Positions 24,427-35,651 of a DNA stretch of 64,000 nt are shown piece after piece. This stretch comes from Saprolegnia diclina VS20 (lineage: Eukaryota), in assembly GCF_000281045.1 (NCBI RefSeq), contig NW_008246143.1:71632-135631 (forward strand). The letters are read 5' to 3'. Every line of letters starts with the position of its first letter. Position 1 is the first letter of the stretch. The notes beneath the pieces were generated by a model that ran no database searches, had not been told where the DNA came from, and was given only the letters and a program-made list of their open reading frames with translations. The translations under genes and the position numbers were made by a program.

Positions 24427-25038
24427 ATGGCTTCCGTCGCCCGTCGCACTGCGTACACTGAGCAATCGCCGACGACATCGACGGCACCAACGGTATTTAT
24501 TGTCTCGTGGAACGACTTTTTGTGCCCGACGACGTTCCTCAGCAAGCGCAAGAGCAACCAACACGTGACCAAGACCGCGTTCGCCAACTTGGACGCGAGC
24601 ATCGAGCGCTTTCTGCTGCACGCCAAGCAGTTTGGTACAATCTTCGTCCTCTGCGAAGACAAGGCGGCGGCAATCGAAGCGCTGTGCCACAAGTGGCTGC
24701 CTCGCACCGCGCGCCTCTTCTCTGCCCGCGAGCTGCACAGCCAGATCCACTTGATTTGCGCCGCAACCGCCATCACGCCTACGTGGCACGCACAAATTGT
24801 TTACTCGATTTGCTCGCCGCGGCTCCACGCTGGCAACATCGTCTTGGCCGTGTGCGGAGGCGCCCGTTTGCGCGCCAGCTGCCTCGAAGTCGCCAAGTTC
24901 GTGCCGGTCGTGCCGAAGATTTTTGCAGCCACTGAAGCGGCGCCAACCGTGAACCAAGCAACCAACCTCTCGCGCATCGTGGCCGACAACCTCTCCAAGG
25001 CCATGCAGCACCCAGGTCCCCTCGACGCAACTATTTAA
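24427..25038 (+). CDS. HAD-like fold protein with degenerate DxD motif (paralog B)
   Basis: FIVSWNDFLCPTTFL. Colinear with paralog A at LD..I..LL.HA..G, LC...LPRT, PTW.AQ, VVPK and the C-terminal H.GPL. Confidence 0.65.
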   Translation: MASVARRTAYTEQSPTTSTAPTVFIVSWNDFLCPTTFLSKRKSNQHVTKTAFANLDASIERFLLHAKQFGTIFVLCEDKAAAIEALCHKWLPRTARLFSARELHSQIHLICAATAITPTWHAQIVYSICSPRLHAGNIVLAVCGGARLRASCLEVAKFVPVVPKIFAATEAAPTVNQATNLSRIVADNLSKAMQHPGPLDATI

Positions 25039-26520
25039 GAAGACCTCTCGGAGCGGGTATCCCATGTTCTCGCAGCTCGCAGCTTTATATACCATAATGC
25101 GCACTACTAGTATTGTATTTACACTGCACATAAAGAAGTTGGCGCTACGTCGGTGCAGGTCTGGTCGCAGCCATCGGTGCCGGAGCGGTAGAACGCGGTG
25201 CGACCCCCCGCTGCTGCTTTTAGGATTTTTAGACGCGGAAGTTTAATTTTCAATTGCGGCATCAGCAGCTTGTAGCATCTTGTCACCGCGAGCCGTGAGA
25301 TGCGCTAATCAGCGTCACGCACGCGAAGTAGCTGGCTCAAACGGCTCAAGACAGAGTCCTCAACCTAGTTACCAACAGCAACAACGAGCGCGGTCAAGAC
25401 ACAGCACCACTGGATCTCTTCCAGCGTCTGTGGCATGCAGGGCAGACATGTCCGCCGTGCATCATTATGCAGGCGAAACCGAGTGGAAAGGTGATCGTAG
25501 ACCCTAGATCCAGACCTATCCTCGAGTGCTGGTTGTTGCTTCTAGAGTCCGAGCATTGTAGGGTATGTACAAACTGTCTACTTCAACCCGCTCTGTCGTT
25601 CGTGTCTCGTGGACACAACTGTATCTCGCCTTCAGTCAAGTACAGTCTGCACGAAACCGAACATTGCGATACAAATGGTCCACTGCGCCAACGGTCGCTG
25701 GCTATATCGATCGCGTGGTCTACGCAGACTTTGGCACTGTCTTGTTGTCGCCCCTCCTCCACGGACCTCGTCATGCGTCGCACAACGCTGACGCAACACA
25801 CAGCAAACATCACTATGCCTGCACAACGGAAATGCTGGTCTCGTCGTCAACCTGTCCACGGGGCAATGACATCGGTCAGTTTCCCAGCGATTTACTTCGA
25901 GGCGCCGACGGCGCAAGGCCCATTTTACCCCTAAATCACTAGCGCGGTGTCGAGTGCTCGCGATTGATGTCTCTCTCAGGAGCGTCTTTTACTTTGCGTT
26001 TCAGTTAAACGGGCAAATGCTCTGGAATAACGTTGTATCCTGATGAAGCGCGTCCTTGGCTTGCGTGGTGATGCTCCAGAAGCTTCCCGCGCCACCTCCC
26101 GACTTCGTTCTCGAATCTTCTCGCGCCTGCAAACCGATGCCAATCTGCCCGCGCCACATGTACGACAAGGCCATGGCACGCCAGCGTTCTCGCCAAATTC
26201 GCTGCGTCGCAAGTCTTCTCCGAGCGCGAGCTACTTGCGAACGCATGTCGCGCCTCCGTCAATCGAAGCACGTTCGTTCGCATGCGCCATCGGTGGCGGT
26301 GACCGCGGATCAGGCTTGGCCAACCTCGTGCGCCACGGCGTCGCCGTCGATGTCGCACTTGAATCGACGCGTCAGCGCTGGCAGGTGGCAAAAATTGGAT
26401 CCGTGCCAAGTGGCGCCCCCGATCCCATTTGATTTGGCAGAAAAGGCAAAGTGATATGTACACTATTTAAAAGTTAGTAAATAATGTACATTTGCAGTCA
26501 GCAAAGATCGAAGATCGCCG

Positions 26521-28374
26521 ATGGAGCGCAAGGCCAAGCAGCGTGGCGCCCGAGCGGACGAGGCCAACGCGCCGATATCGGTCGTCGAGTACGATGTGCG
26601 GTCGTCGCGGGCGCATGCGCCGCCGCTGGCGCAGATCTGGCGCGCAACAGACGGCCGCCTCGTGGCCGATGCCACACTGAGCACGTCGCCACCCCGCAGC
26701 CGCCCTACGTGGCTCTTGCAGTGGGCACCTTGTGCGCTTGATGGCTGCGATCTCATATGCGTGTGCTGCACTAGAGCTATCCGTAGCGAGCTCTTTGACA
26801 TGTTTCTGCCGGCGGGGTACCCCCATAGCGTCACCGAGGTTCGCCTAATGTGGTTCACGCCATGGACGCTAATGGCACGGTGCTAGGACTACCTGCCTTT
26901 TCAGCTCTGGGATACGTGCCAAGTGCGCTGATCCGTTGGCAGCAAGCCTCGTATTCACGACTGTCATGTAGGCTATGTGCAGCTATCTTCGCGGCGTCCT
27001 CGCGACGCAGTCCGTCCTCGAGAGCGTTGGCGTCGGCAACGGTACGTTCATTCCACGACGTTTGCTCCTATATGAGCGCAGAGGCCATCACGCCCCTCGC
27101 CGCGGCCTTGCAGTGGGTCATGCGCGACGGTTCCGGTATGCTGGGTGGGCTCTTCTTCGCATACGGCGTTGGCCCCAAGTTCGACGCGAACGTCAAGTTT
27201 TGGCGTCTGTATGCGGACGTCATCAACGACGTGGGTCTGACGCTCGGTACGAAGCTCTGGACTGCTGGGCCATACCTCGTGCTAGATATGCTGGCGCCTT
27301 TTGCACCTCGCTGTGTGACGCAGATCCTGTGCGTCTCGTCCGTCTGCAAGGCCATGTGCGGCGTCGCCGCCGGAGCGACGCGGTCGTCGCTGACGGCGCA
27401 CTTCGCCAAGACCGACAACATGGCGGGTGTGGATTCTAGTGTAAAAGCAACGCCACGATGCAGGTTGCGCATAGACATTGCGGCCAAAGAAGGGTCGCAG
27501 GAGACGTTTGTGACGCTGTTGGGACTGCTCACCGGCATGTACTTTGCCAACGTCGTCAACCAGTCGCGCGCCAGTGTCTGGGTCGCGTTCCTCTTGCTGA
27601 CTGCGATCCACGTTGTTGCCAACTACAAGGTAGTTGAGGTTGATGACCTAGCCCTACTTGACGGATGACGAGCTTAGGCGGTGACGTCACTTTGCATTCC
27701 GACGCTCAACCAAGCCCGTGCGACGCTTGCGATCCGCTCGTTTCGAGGAAGCCAGACGCAGGTACGACGATGACGCGCAGAGTCAACTGCAACCGTGGCA
27801 CTCGGCGACCAAAAGACAGATGGCGAAATGATACTGGCGACGTGTAGAGGCTCAGCATTGCGCGCGTGAACGCGATGGAACCGATCTTGCCACGACGAGA
27901 TGGCCCTCGCATTCTTCTCGGCGGGCGCCTCCCGCCGTCGCTCGACCTCCCGTCGCTTCTTGCCCTGCACAAGTATATTTTTTCCTTCCAAAAAGCAAAA
28001 AATGTCAAAATTTGTATTGCTAGGGACGACCACTACGTGCTGACCGTGGACGCTGCATCGTCCACCGTCGTCGCGTCGCTCTTCGTGTCTGCGACGGTAA
28101 CTAGTCGCCAGCACATTTACACGTGGCGCGCTGAACCTGACCTCTTGTCGCATGTGTCTAGCCTATGGACGAACTCAAGGCGTACTTCAACGCGGTCGTG
28201 GTGGCCGACGCCGGGGCGCCAGCGGCTCTGTCGGTGCTGGCCACGGCGCATGCGACGACGACGACCGAGTTTTCGGCGTTTGTCGAGACGATGGAGAGCC
28301 TCGGGTGGACGATGCACGCGTCGTCGTTTCCGCTGTCGACGCAGCCGACGCGATATGCGATTGCCCGCAACTAA
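26521..28374 (+). CDS. RUS1: RUS1 / C16orf58 (DUF647) family protein, multi-exon
   Basis: FLPAGYPHSVT; YLPFQLWD; GVLATQ; QWVMRDGSGMLG; KFWRLYADVIND; CGVAAGATRSSLTAHFA; AKEGSQET; HVVANY. Confidence 0.92.
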
Positions 28375-28529
28375 GTGGACTACACTAAACGGGCGTATAT
28401 ACGGTTTGCCGTTGTCTTGTTCTCCTGGAAGTGATGGGAAATGGGTCTTTTTGGTATGCGTCACAGCGGACTGCAACTTTGCTCCCAACAAGAGGGTGTG
28501 GCAGTAAGTGTAGTTATTTAGGATTGAAA

Positions 28530-29117
28530 TTATAAGATAAAGTAAGAGAGCAGTTCAATGTCGTCGCCTTCGAGGCTTGCGGTGGGTGTTCCGCTGTCGC
28601 TGGAGCCCGTCGGGCTCCCGAGGTCCCCGTGCATCTTTTTCTGTGCCCGCGCGAGCTTGCGGTTCTGGCGGTACTTGGTGTCGCTCTTGCGCTTGATGCT
28701 GTTCTGCTTGATGCGGTGGTACTCGCACAGAAGAAGGGGCCGGCCCGACCGCTTGGTCGCGCGCTTGAGTGGGCACCGACCCGTCTTGTACTTGCAGCGC
28801 GCCTCGTCGGAAATGAACTCGCCCGACTTGACCTGGGACGTGACCGCTTCATGGTACGATGCCTTCATGGCGGCCGAGATCGACGGCTTGAGCACCGGCG
28901 GGTGCGACGCGAGGAACGCAATCGTGTCGGAATGGTATGGCGCCACCGCAGACGTGCCGCTGAGGCGCGGTGTATCATGAATGTCCGACTCGAGGAGCGC
29001 GTCGAGCGTCGACTGCATGCAGTGCAGGTCGATGGACGGCCGCGAATACTGGTTCTGTGGCGGCGACGACGATACGAAGGGCAGTGGCGCCATCATGTTG
29101 TGAAAGTCGGAGTACAT
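28530..29117 (-). CDS. Small putative nuclear protein with a C-x5-C...C-x2-H zinc motif and basic helix (oomycete family)
   Basis: CKYKTGRCPLKRATKRSGRPLLLCEYHRIKQNSIKRKSD. Intronless, with an Inr+FPR motif just upstream. Confidence 0.7.
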   Translation of the reverse strand: MYSDFHNMMAPLPFVSSSPPQNQYSRPSIDLHCMQSTLDALLESDIHDTPRLSGTSAVAPYHSDTIAFLASHPPVLKPSISAAMKASYHEAVTSQVKSGEFISDEARCKYKTGRCPLKRATKRSGRPLLLCEYHRIKQNSIKRKSDTKYRQNRKLARAQKKMHGDLGSPTGSSDSGTPTASLEGDDIELLSYFIL

Positions 29118-29129
29118 GCTCGGTCTTGT

Positions 29130-29144
29130 GAAATTGAAAACTGA
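29130..29144 (-). promoter_or_regulatory. Oomycete Inr+FPR-like core promoter
   Basis: Minus strand reads TCAGTTTTCAATTTC, 13 nt upstream of ATG 29117. Confidence 0.6.
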
Positions 29145-29693
29145 TGGGATCGCCACCTGCTTGCGCGTTCGAGTCGGTATACCGAACGCAAGCCAATGAC
29201 GTGGCAACTGCATACAGTGGCAATACTTTTTTTAGCCGCGCCAGGTTGCCAGCTGGTGCGTGTATCGCAGGCCCGGCTCCCGTTCAAGACATTCTTTCGG
29301 CACCGAGTCCGACTATGGCCACTGTACGTACGACGGATGTCTCTATACAAGTGGCGCCCAAGAGGCGCGGGTGCTCAGTTGTGTACGGCGTAATACGTGC
29401 CGATGCGCGGCGTGATGCACCGTGGTGCACCACTCGTGTTGACGTCAAGACGACCGTTGCGTCGGTGGCGGTCAGCTTCGCAACACCGTCGCGAATGGGT
29501 GCGAACGACGAGCGATCGAAGCCTGTGTACAGAATAGTCGTTGATAAACCTCCCCACGTGGCGGGCAAAGAAGGGCGCGCGAACGTTCCCAACCTTGTCG
29601 TATGCACGGCGGCGCTGCGATACGGGAGCTTCAAGGCGAGCAGCGATGTAGAGACTGGCAGGTTTGCATGCAACGCAAGATTAAGAGACTACT

Positions 29694-32253
29694 CTACACG
29701 TCCGCAGCTGCGTGCTGGTCGATCCAGAGATCGATTTTCTCGGTCATCGACGGCGGCAGAAGGTGCTCGGAACCTGCGTCGCCGCAAAGGCGGTCCTTGT
29801 AGTACAAGAGGAGCGGGTGCGTCGGGACGCCAAGGGCGTGCAACACGTTCTGGAGGTAGCTCACGTCACAGACAACTTGCGCTTTTCCACTTGCACTGAG
29901 CTGCGGAATCGCCAGCAGCACTGACAAGACTGCCGCCATCGCACCGGACGCAACGACGAACGTCCACTGGTCTACGAAAGCGGCAGCGGGGCCGGCGTCG
30001 GCGTCGGGAGCCGGGAGCTCCCCGAGCTGCAAGAAGGCTTCGTCTTGGGGCACGCCGAGGACCCGGGCGACGGCGGCCCACGCCTCGTGGCTGAGCTCGA
30101 CGATGTTGTGGCTGGCGGCGAGCGCTTGCGATAGGCCGCTGCTCTCTGCAAACGGCTCGAGTTGCGGAAGGAGCGAGAGGAGCAGGTCGGCGACCGACGT
30201 CATGTATTCCTAGTTTGCCACGTCATCATTTTTGACGCAAGTGGAGACAAACCTGTGGCAGCATGCTGAACGACGGCAAGTCGGCACTCTCGTCGGCTTG
30301 AATCCAGCACTCCATTGTTGGAACGCTTGTCAGCACCGACGCGACCGGCGTCAGCACCGTCGCATACGTCCGTTGCTGAACGTGAAGCGTCCAGTCGCGG
30401 AACACCGGTCCGAGGATCTACAAGAAGATAAACGATCGCAACTTGGGTTCGTCACTGACCACATCGACGTCGTCGTCGGTCGCGACCGACTCTTTGCATA
30501 GTTGGAGGCTCTGGTACCGCGCCTTGTCGCGCTGCAGCCACAGCTTGACGACGGCAACCGGGAGGGTCTCGGCGTTGATGCAGTCGTCGACAGTCACGTG
30601 CAGCGCCGCGTCGGGACCAACGGCCGCCTTGCTCGTCGGCGACAATTGGATCTAACAGCCTCCATCATCAACACGATATGGCATGACTAGTGTACCCGTG
30701 GCGGCAGCGACGGCGGTGTGGCGTCCGGAAACCACAGGGCGAGCGTCGGCAGCACGCGGAGGCGCAGTCGGGCCTGGCACGCACGCTGGGCGACGAGCAC
30801 ACCGCCACAGGCTTTGAGCATCGCCAGGGCTTCGTGGAGGTGGCTCCAGTCGACGGTAGCTCCTGGCGCCGGCGCCGGTGCCATCTTGCTGGACCACATC
30901 TGCGCGAGGGCGGAGAGGCCGGTAGTGAGCGCCTCAAGGGCCTCGGGCAGCACAGCGCCTGCCATTAACTCCATTGCGTGCTGTACGCGGGCCTCCACGA
31001 GAAGCCAGACGCGCGCGCTGAGCTCGTCCACTGCAGGCGCGAGGAGCGTCGATGTGGACGGTAGTAGGGCGAGGAGCGACTCGGTCACGACGCTCGTCTC
31101 GATGCGCTCGTACATGGTAAAGCTGGCTTCAAACGGGCCAAACACGCTGTGGAGGACCTTGTGGACATCGGCGGCCGTCGGCGTCGTCCACGACACAACG
31201 GTGTGCAGCAGCACGCGGTGCGCGAATCGGGTCGCCGCTTTGAACGCCGGCAAGAGCTGCGCTGGCGCGGCGTCGAGGAGGCTCGCAACCGCCGAAGCGA
31301 GCGGCGACAGCGTCGCATGCACAAGCTCGAGCACGACAGGCAGAGGCGCGGCAAAAAGTTGCTGGCAGTAGCGCGTCTCGCGCTCCAAGAACGATTCGAC
31401 TTCGGCGTAAAAAGCGGCGAGACCGTCGGCATCGGCGGGCGTTGACGCGTGCCAGAGACGGTGCATGGGCGCGGGCCGGCGCTTTGCGTACGCGTCTTCG
31501 ACGAGCGACGCCCGGTTCAAGTGCGCGAAAATCGCGAGGCAGTCCTGGAGGGGCGACAAGGGCAGCGTCGGCTCCTGCAGAAGCGTGTGCAGCTGCGGCA
31601 CAAGCGCGGTCTCGACGTCGCGCGATACGCTATCGAGATCTTAGACGTGATTCATCACAGGGCAAAGACGTGTACGTATCCATGGTGGCGGCCCGCTCGT
31701 CGTGGCCGGGCATTCGCTGGAGAGTCTCCAGGCTCTTGTGCATGGCAGCGAGATGCGTCGCCAGCTTGGCAAGGTCGAGCGTTGGGTCGGCAGTTACCTG
31801 TACGACGTATCGGCTATGTTGCTTCCATGCTGCGCTCTCCTGCAGCGCGTTTGAGCATTGCTGCATGTGCATCTTGGCCGTGTGGAGTTGCGAGAGCGTG
31901 TTGTAGGCAGGCGTGGCATCGCCTACAGCATGCGCGCAATTGTAGTGCTGTGCCAGGGTGTGGTCCGTACCGCGTGCACTTTGCGTGCTTGGGCTATGCG
32001 TATGCAAACTCTGCCCCAGCGTCTGCGTCTTGAGCTGGAGCAGCTGGACATGGTTGACAAAGGACGGAAAGGTCTCGAGACACTGCTGCAAGTTGGCGCT
32101 GAGCTCCTGTGAAAGCACATGGAACTGCGGAAGGAGGCCCTCGAGATGCGTCTTGGGGTCGCCCGGCGCGACGCTCACTTGCGCGTCGATCCAGGCGTAG
32201 ATGTCGCCGACATCGTCGCCGAGGTCGGCCACCGTCAGCACCGCCGAGTTCAT
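29694..32253 (-). CDS. COG7: Conserved oligomeric Golgi complex subunit 7, multi-exon
   Basis: N-terminal D..AWID; LSQLHTAKMHMQQC.NALQES..W; PTFSMLPQEYMTSVADLLLSL..QLEPF; C-terminal GKAQV.CD.SYL.NVL.ALG. Confidence 0.82.
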
Positions 32254-32531
32254 ATTGCATATGGCGATCTCCGGTTATTGTGGCTTGCATAGCGCGTGGC
32301 CATTTTCACCTCCAAAAAACCATCGATTAGCAGCGATAATCGATGGTTTTATTAGATAATCGAGGCATAGCGCGACATGCGTAAATTATAAATTCTGGTG
32401 GGACAGTCTCCAAAAAAGAATATAACTATTACAAAATATACGCCATGTATTTGTATGCTATATTTATGGTTTGACTAAAGATGTCGAGCAGGCCACCCGC
32501 TTTTGTCTCTTTTGTCATTTGACACCTTAGC

Positions 32532-32679
32532 CCACGCCTCAAGCGAGCGCTAACCTGAGCGCTAATCAATGGATAGCGGAGGATAATCCGAAGGTTTGCA
32601 TTTCTGAAATGGCAAACCTTCGGATTATCCTCCGCTATTCAATGATTAGCGCTCAGGTTAGCGCTCGCCTGAGGCGTGG
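32532..32679. repeat. 148-bp near-perfect inverted repeat (palindrome/hairpin)
   Basis: ccacgcctca..gaaggtttgc (32532-32599) is the reverse complement of gcaaaccttc..tgaggcgtgg (32612-32679) with 3 mismatches. The centre atttc-t-gaaat also pairs. Confidence 0.95.
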
Positions 32680-33799
32680 CTGCGGACGGCTAGGAGGAGC
32701 GCTGGCCATTGAATAGCAACGGATGACCGCTATCCAGTGGTTTGCGCTCCTGCTCGAGGGATATCCGTGGACTAACAGCAAAGCGCAAACGCTATGCGTA
32801 ATGTAGCTCGGGGGCGAGACGGAGCTCCTGGTCACGGCACTTCTTCTCCACAGCGCTCACTGCCACAACTCCACGTCTCTTCCTGGTGCTAAGATCCAAG
32901 CCGCTTTAGTGCTTAGCGCGGCACGGTGCGCATTATTAGTCAAGACAGTTGCGGTCATGGCTAGTTTCCGCTGGGTTTGCACGTGGGCGCTCGCGTTTAA
33001 GCCACGAAAACACGATGTTATTGCGTTATCTGGCACTACGCTACATGGCAGCGGCTATGAGCCTTCTCCACTGCGGTGTATGGGTAGGCGACGGAGCCGT
33101 GGCGCACGCGGCGCTTGAGCTCCTGCTGCGCAGGCGCCATCATCGGCGCGTTGCCGACGCTCACGCCGGACGAGCATGTCCCCGAGCCAAACGTCTTCGT
33201 ATCTCTTGCGGTTCTTGACCACCTAGCTACTAGCAGCGATCTGTACCTAGAGGATGGTGTCGATGCGGCACACGATGAGCGCATTGCCGGCGTGCATGCT
33301 CGCGCTCATCCCACGGCCATCGCTCGTCTAACGCCGGCCGCGCAGCGCTGCGCCGCGCAATGGTCGCTCCTTCGACAGCCTTGCGCACGTGCTGCTGCTA
33401 TCGGTACTGTTGCACGAAGGTGGTCTCGACGAAGCGCCGGGTGTGCGCAGCCGGGTGCTGTACGCCATAGTCGGGTACGGGAGGCGTGCCGCAGAGGGGC
33501 CGTGGGCGCCACGGACCAGTCTGCACCAGCAAGGGATCGACCGTCAGCGCGCGCGCGGCGCGGCGGCCTACATCGTGTCGACATGGTTGATGCGCGCCCC
33601 TCGAGTCCGAGTACGCACGCCGGCCCACGTTCAAAATGGTTGGCCATGCCAGCTGTTGACCTATTGCCAAACGTCTCGCTACTAAATCGCTACTAAACGA
33701 TGGTTAGCGAGCTAACCAACGGGTAGCTCAGCCAATCACATGGCCGCATTTCGGTCCCTCTTTTTGGCAAAGCCTGCTTATCACATTTCATAATATATC

Positions 33800-35000
33800 A
33801 AACTTCGACAGGTTTTGCGAGAAAAAAAATATTGGCGGAGCAGCCTCGATTATCGCCGACACGCGCTATGCAAAGCACAATACCGTCCCGAATATCCGAA
33901 CGCACCTCCGGCCTTGCCTCCGGATTTTCAACTCCGGGGAGGCTCCGGGTTTGCCATCATACACTATTTGCATGTCGTAGACGAGCAATGTTGCTGCACG
34001 CTCTTCACGATCCTTGAGGAGAAGAACGAAAGAATCGGCAACGTTGGCACGTATGGTCGCCGTCACGCCCCAGCCTATGCAGATCGTTCGCCGGTTTAAA
34101 GGCTACCGGAGGTTGCAGATTCTCTGGCCCAGTACACAACACCGCCACACACTCCTTGCTTGGAGACGCAGCGTACCGTGCAAGCGCCTTGAGAGGGTAC
34201 CAAACATGTAGGATTGTGCAATTGTGGTAGACGAACCTAGATGGGTTGTCGGTGCGGAGGAGCGACAACGCCGCAGACACGCGCGCCAGCTTGTTGAACT
34301 GAGTCGCCGAGGCAAGTCCAACCTCAAGGTTGGTGTCTCTCGCGTCGTTTTCGCCAGATACGGGTGATTGCAGCCGTCGTCGTGGTCGTGGCCATGACGC
34401 AGCCCGCGTCGCATTCCATCTTGAGCTGGCGTCGCTAGTAGTTCGGTAGGAACAACGTCGTGAGCTACCGTGGTGTACCTCTTTTGTGTCGCGCGCGGAG
34501 GACGCATATTGGGTCGGAGAACGATGTGCTGGGGATGGCGCCACTCACCTCACGTACGTGCGCCATCGTCCGCGTACACGGTACTGCAACGTATTGCGAG
34601 TCGTACAGTGTACTAGTAGATGGTTCGCTCTTGCTTTGCCAGCACACACGCCGACGTCGCTCCGAGACCGCGCAGTTGTGGATGACGATACATGCCACGA
34701 CTGTGCTGCTAGCTGCCTGGACACGGTGTCGATCCTTGCACCAGGTACCAGGTACCAGGTGCCGGGTTGAGATCTTGAACAGCCATCCTCCTCGCCTCTT
34801 GTAGGACCCGGCTTCTGATTCGTGCGCGATCGCCTAGACAGGACGACGCAACCAACTCATACGCTGTCGACGACACCAAGGTTACTGGAGCGCTGCTGCA
34901 AAGCCTTGCCACGCCAATAGGAATGCGGATTGACGGTTGATATTGTCTGCAGAACCAGTGACATTTAGCGTACATAGATAGCATCGTGGTCGACTTTAAA
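33800..35000 (-). mobile_element. Possible decayed DNA-transposon (hAT-like) remnant
   Basis: No intact gene. Broken minus-strand frames include TTSDASSRWNAT, resembling the hAT D..TRWNST motif. Codon usage is unlike neighbouring genes. Confidence 0.25.
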
Positions 35001-35651
35001 TTTGCTATGGCGGGAGGGATGTGCGTCCGTTCGTAACAGATCTAGTACTTTTCGTTGTCCCCGCCGTCAACCGCGCCCGAATCTACAGCTTCCGCGTGAC
35101 GGAGACGTGTCTGGGCGCGCGCGTGTGTCATGCGCCTGGGCTGGTCGGCAGTTGTGGCATCATGGACACGGAAATAGTGTGAAATTGGGTATTGGCGGTA
35201 TTGACCGCCCAACCAGCGCTGTGCAGCGAGCGACGACCTTCTGTAGGGCTCGGCCTCCTTTCAGCTCTCGCGGCAGGCAAGTGAGAGCGTCGCCGCCGTC
35301 GCTAATAGCGGCGAGGCGCGGGGCAAAGCGCCAAAGAGCCATTTCTCACGAGATGACCTACAGCGGCTGACGCGCCGGCCAGCTGGCGCTGCTGCAATAC
35401 AATGCATTTCAGACAGATTCATACAAACTTTGCATTGAATTTGTTCAATTCAATAAATTGGGCGCGACAGGCTGCAGTAGGTACGGCGCACTTATACGGC
35501 GTCAATACATAAAACAAGTGTACGTTTCAAGTACGATCGCACTTGACGGGACAAAAATGCATTCAGAAAGGCAGATGGAGATAAAAAATTCTGCTGCTAC
35601 AGTGTACCGTGGCCTTGCTTTGCCCGACGCGCAGTCGCCAGAAAGACCACC

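Noticed and set aside
25467..25942. ORFs of 125-155 aa between the HAD pair and RUS1
   Set aside because: No motif and atypical codon usage. They may be a relic but cannot be supported.
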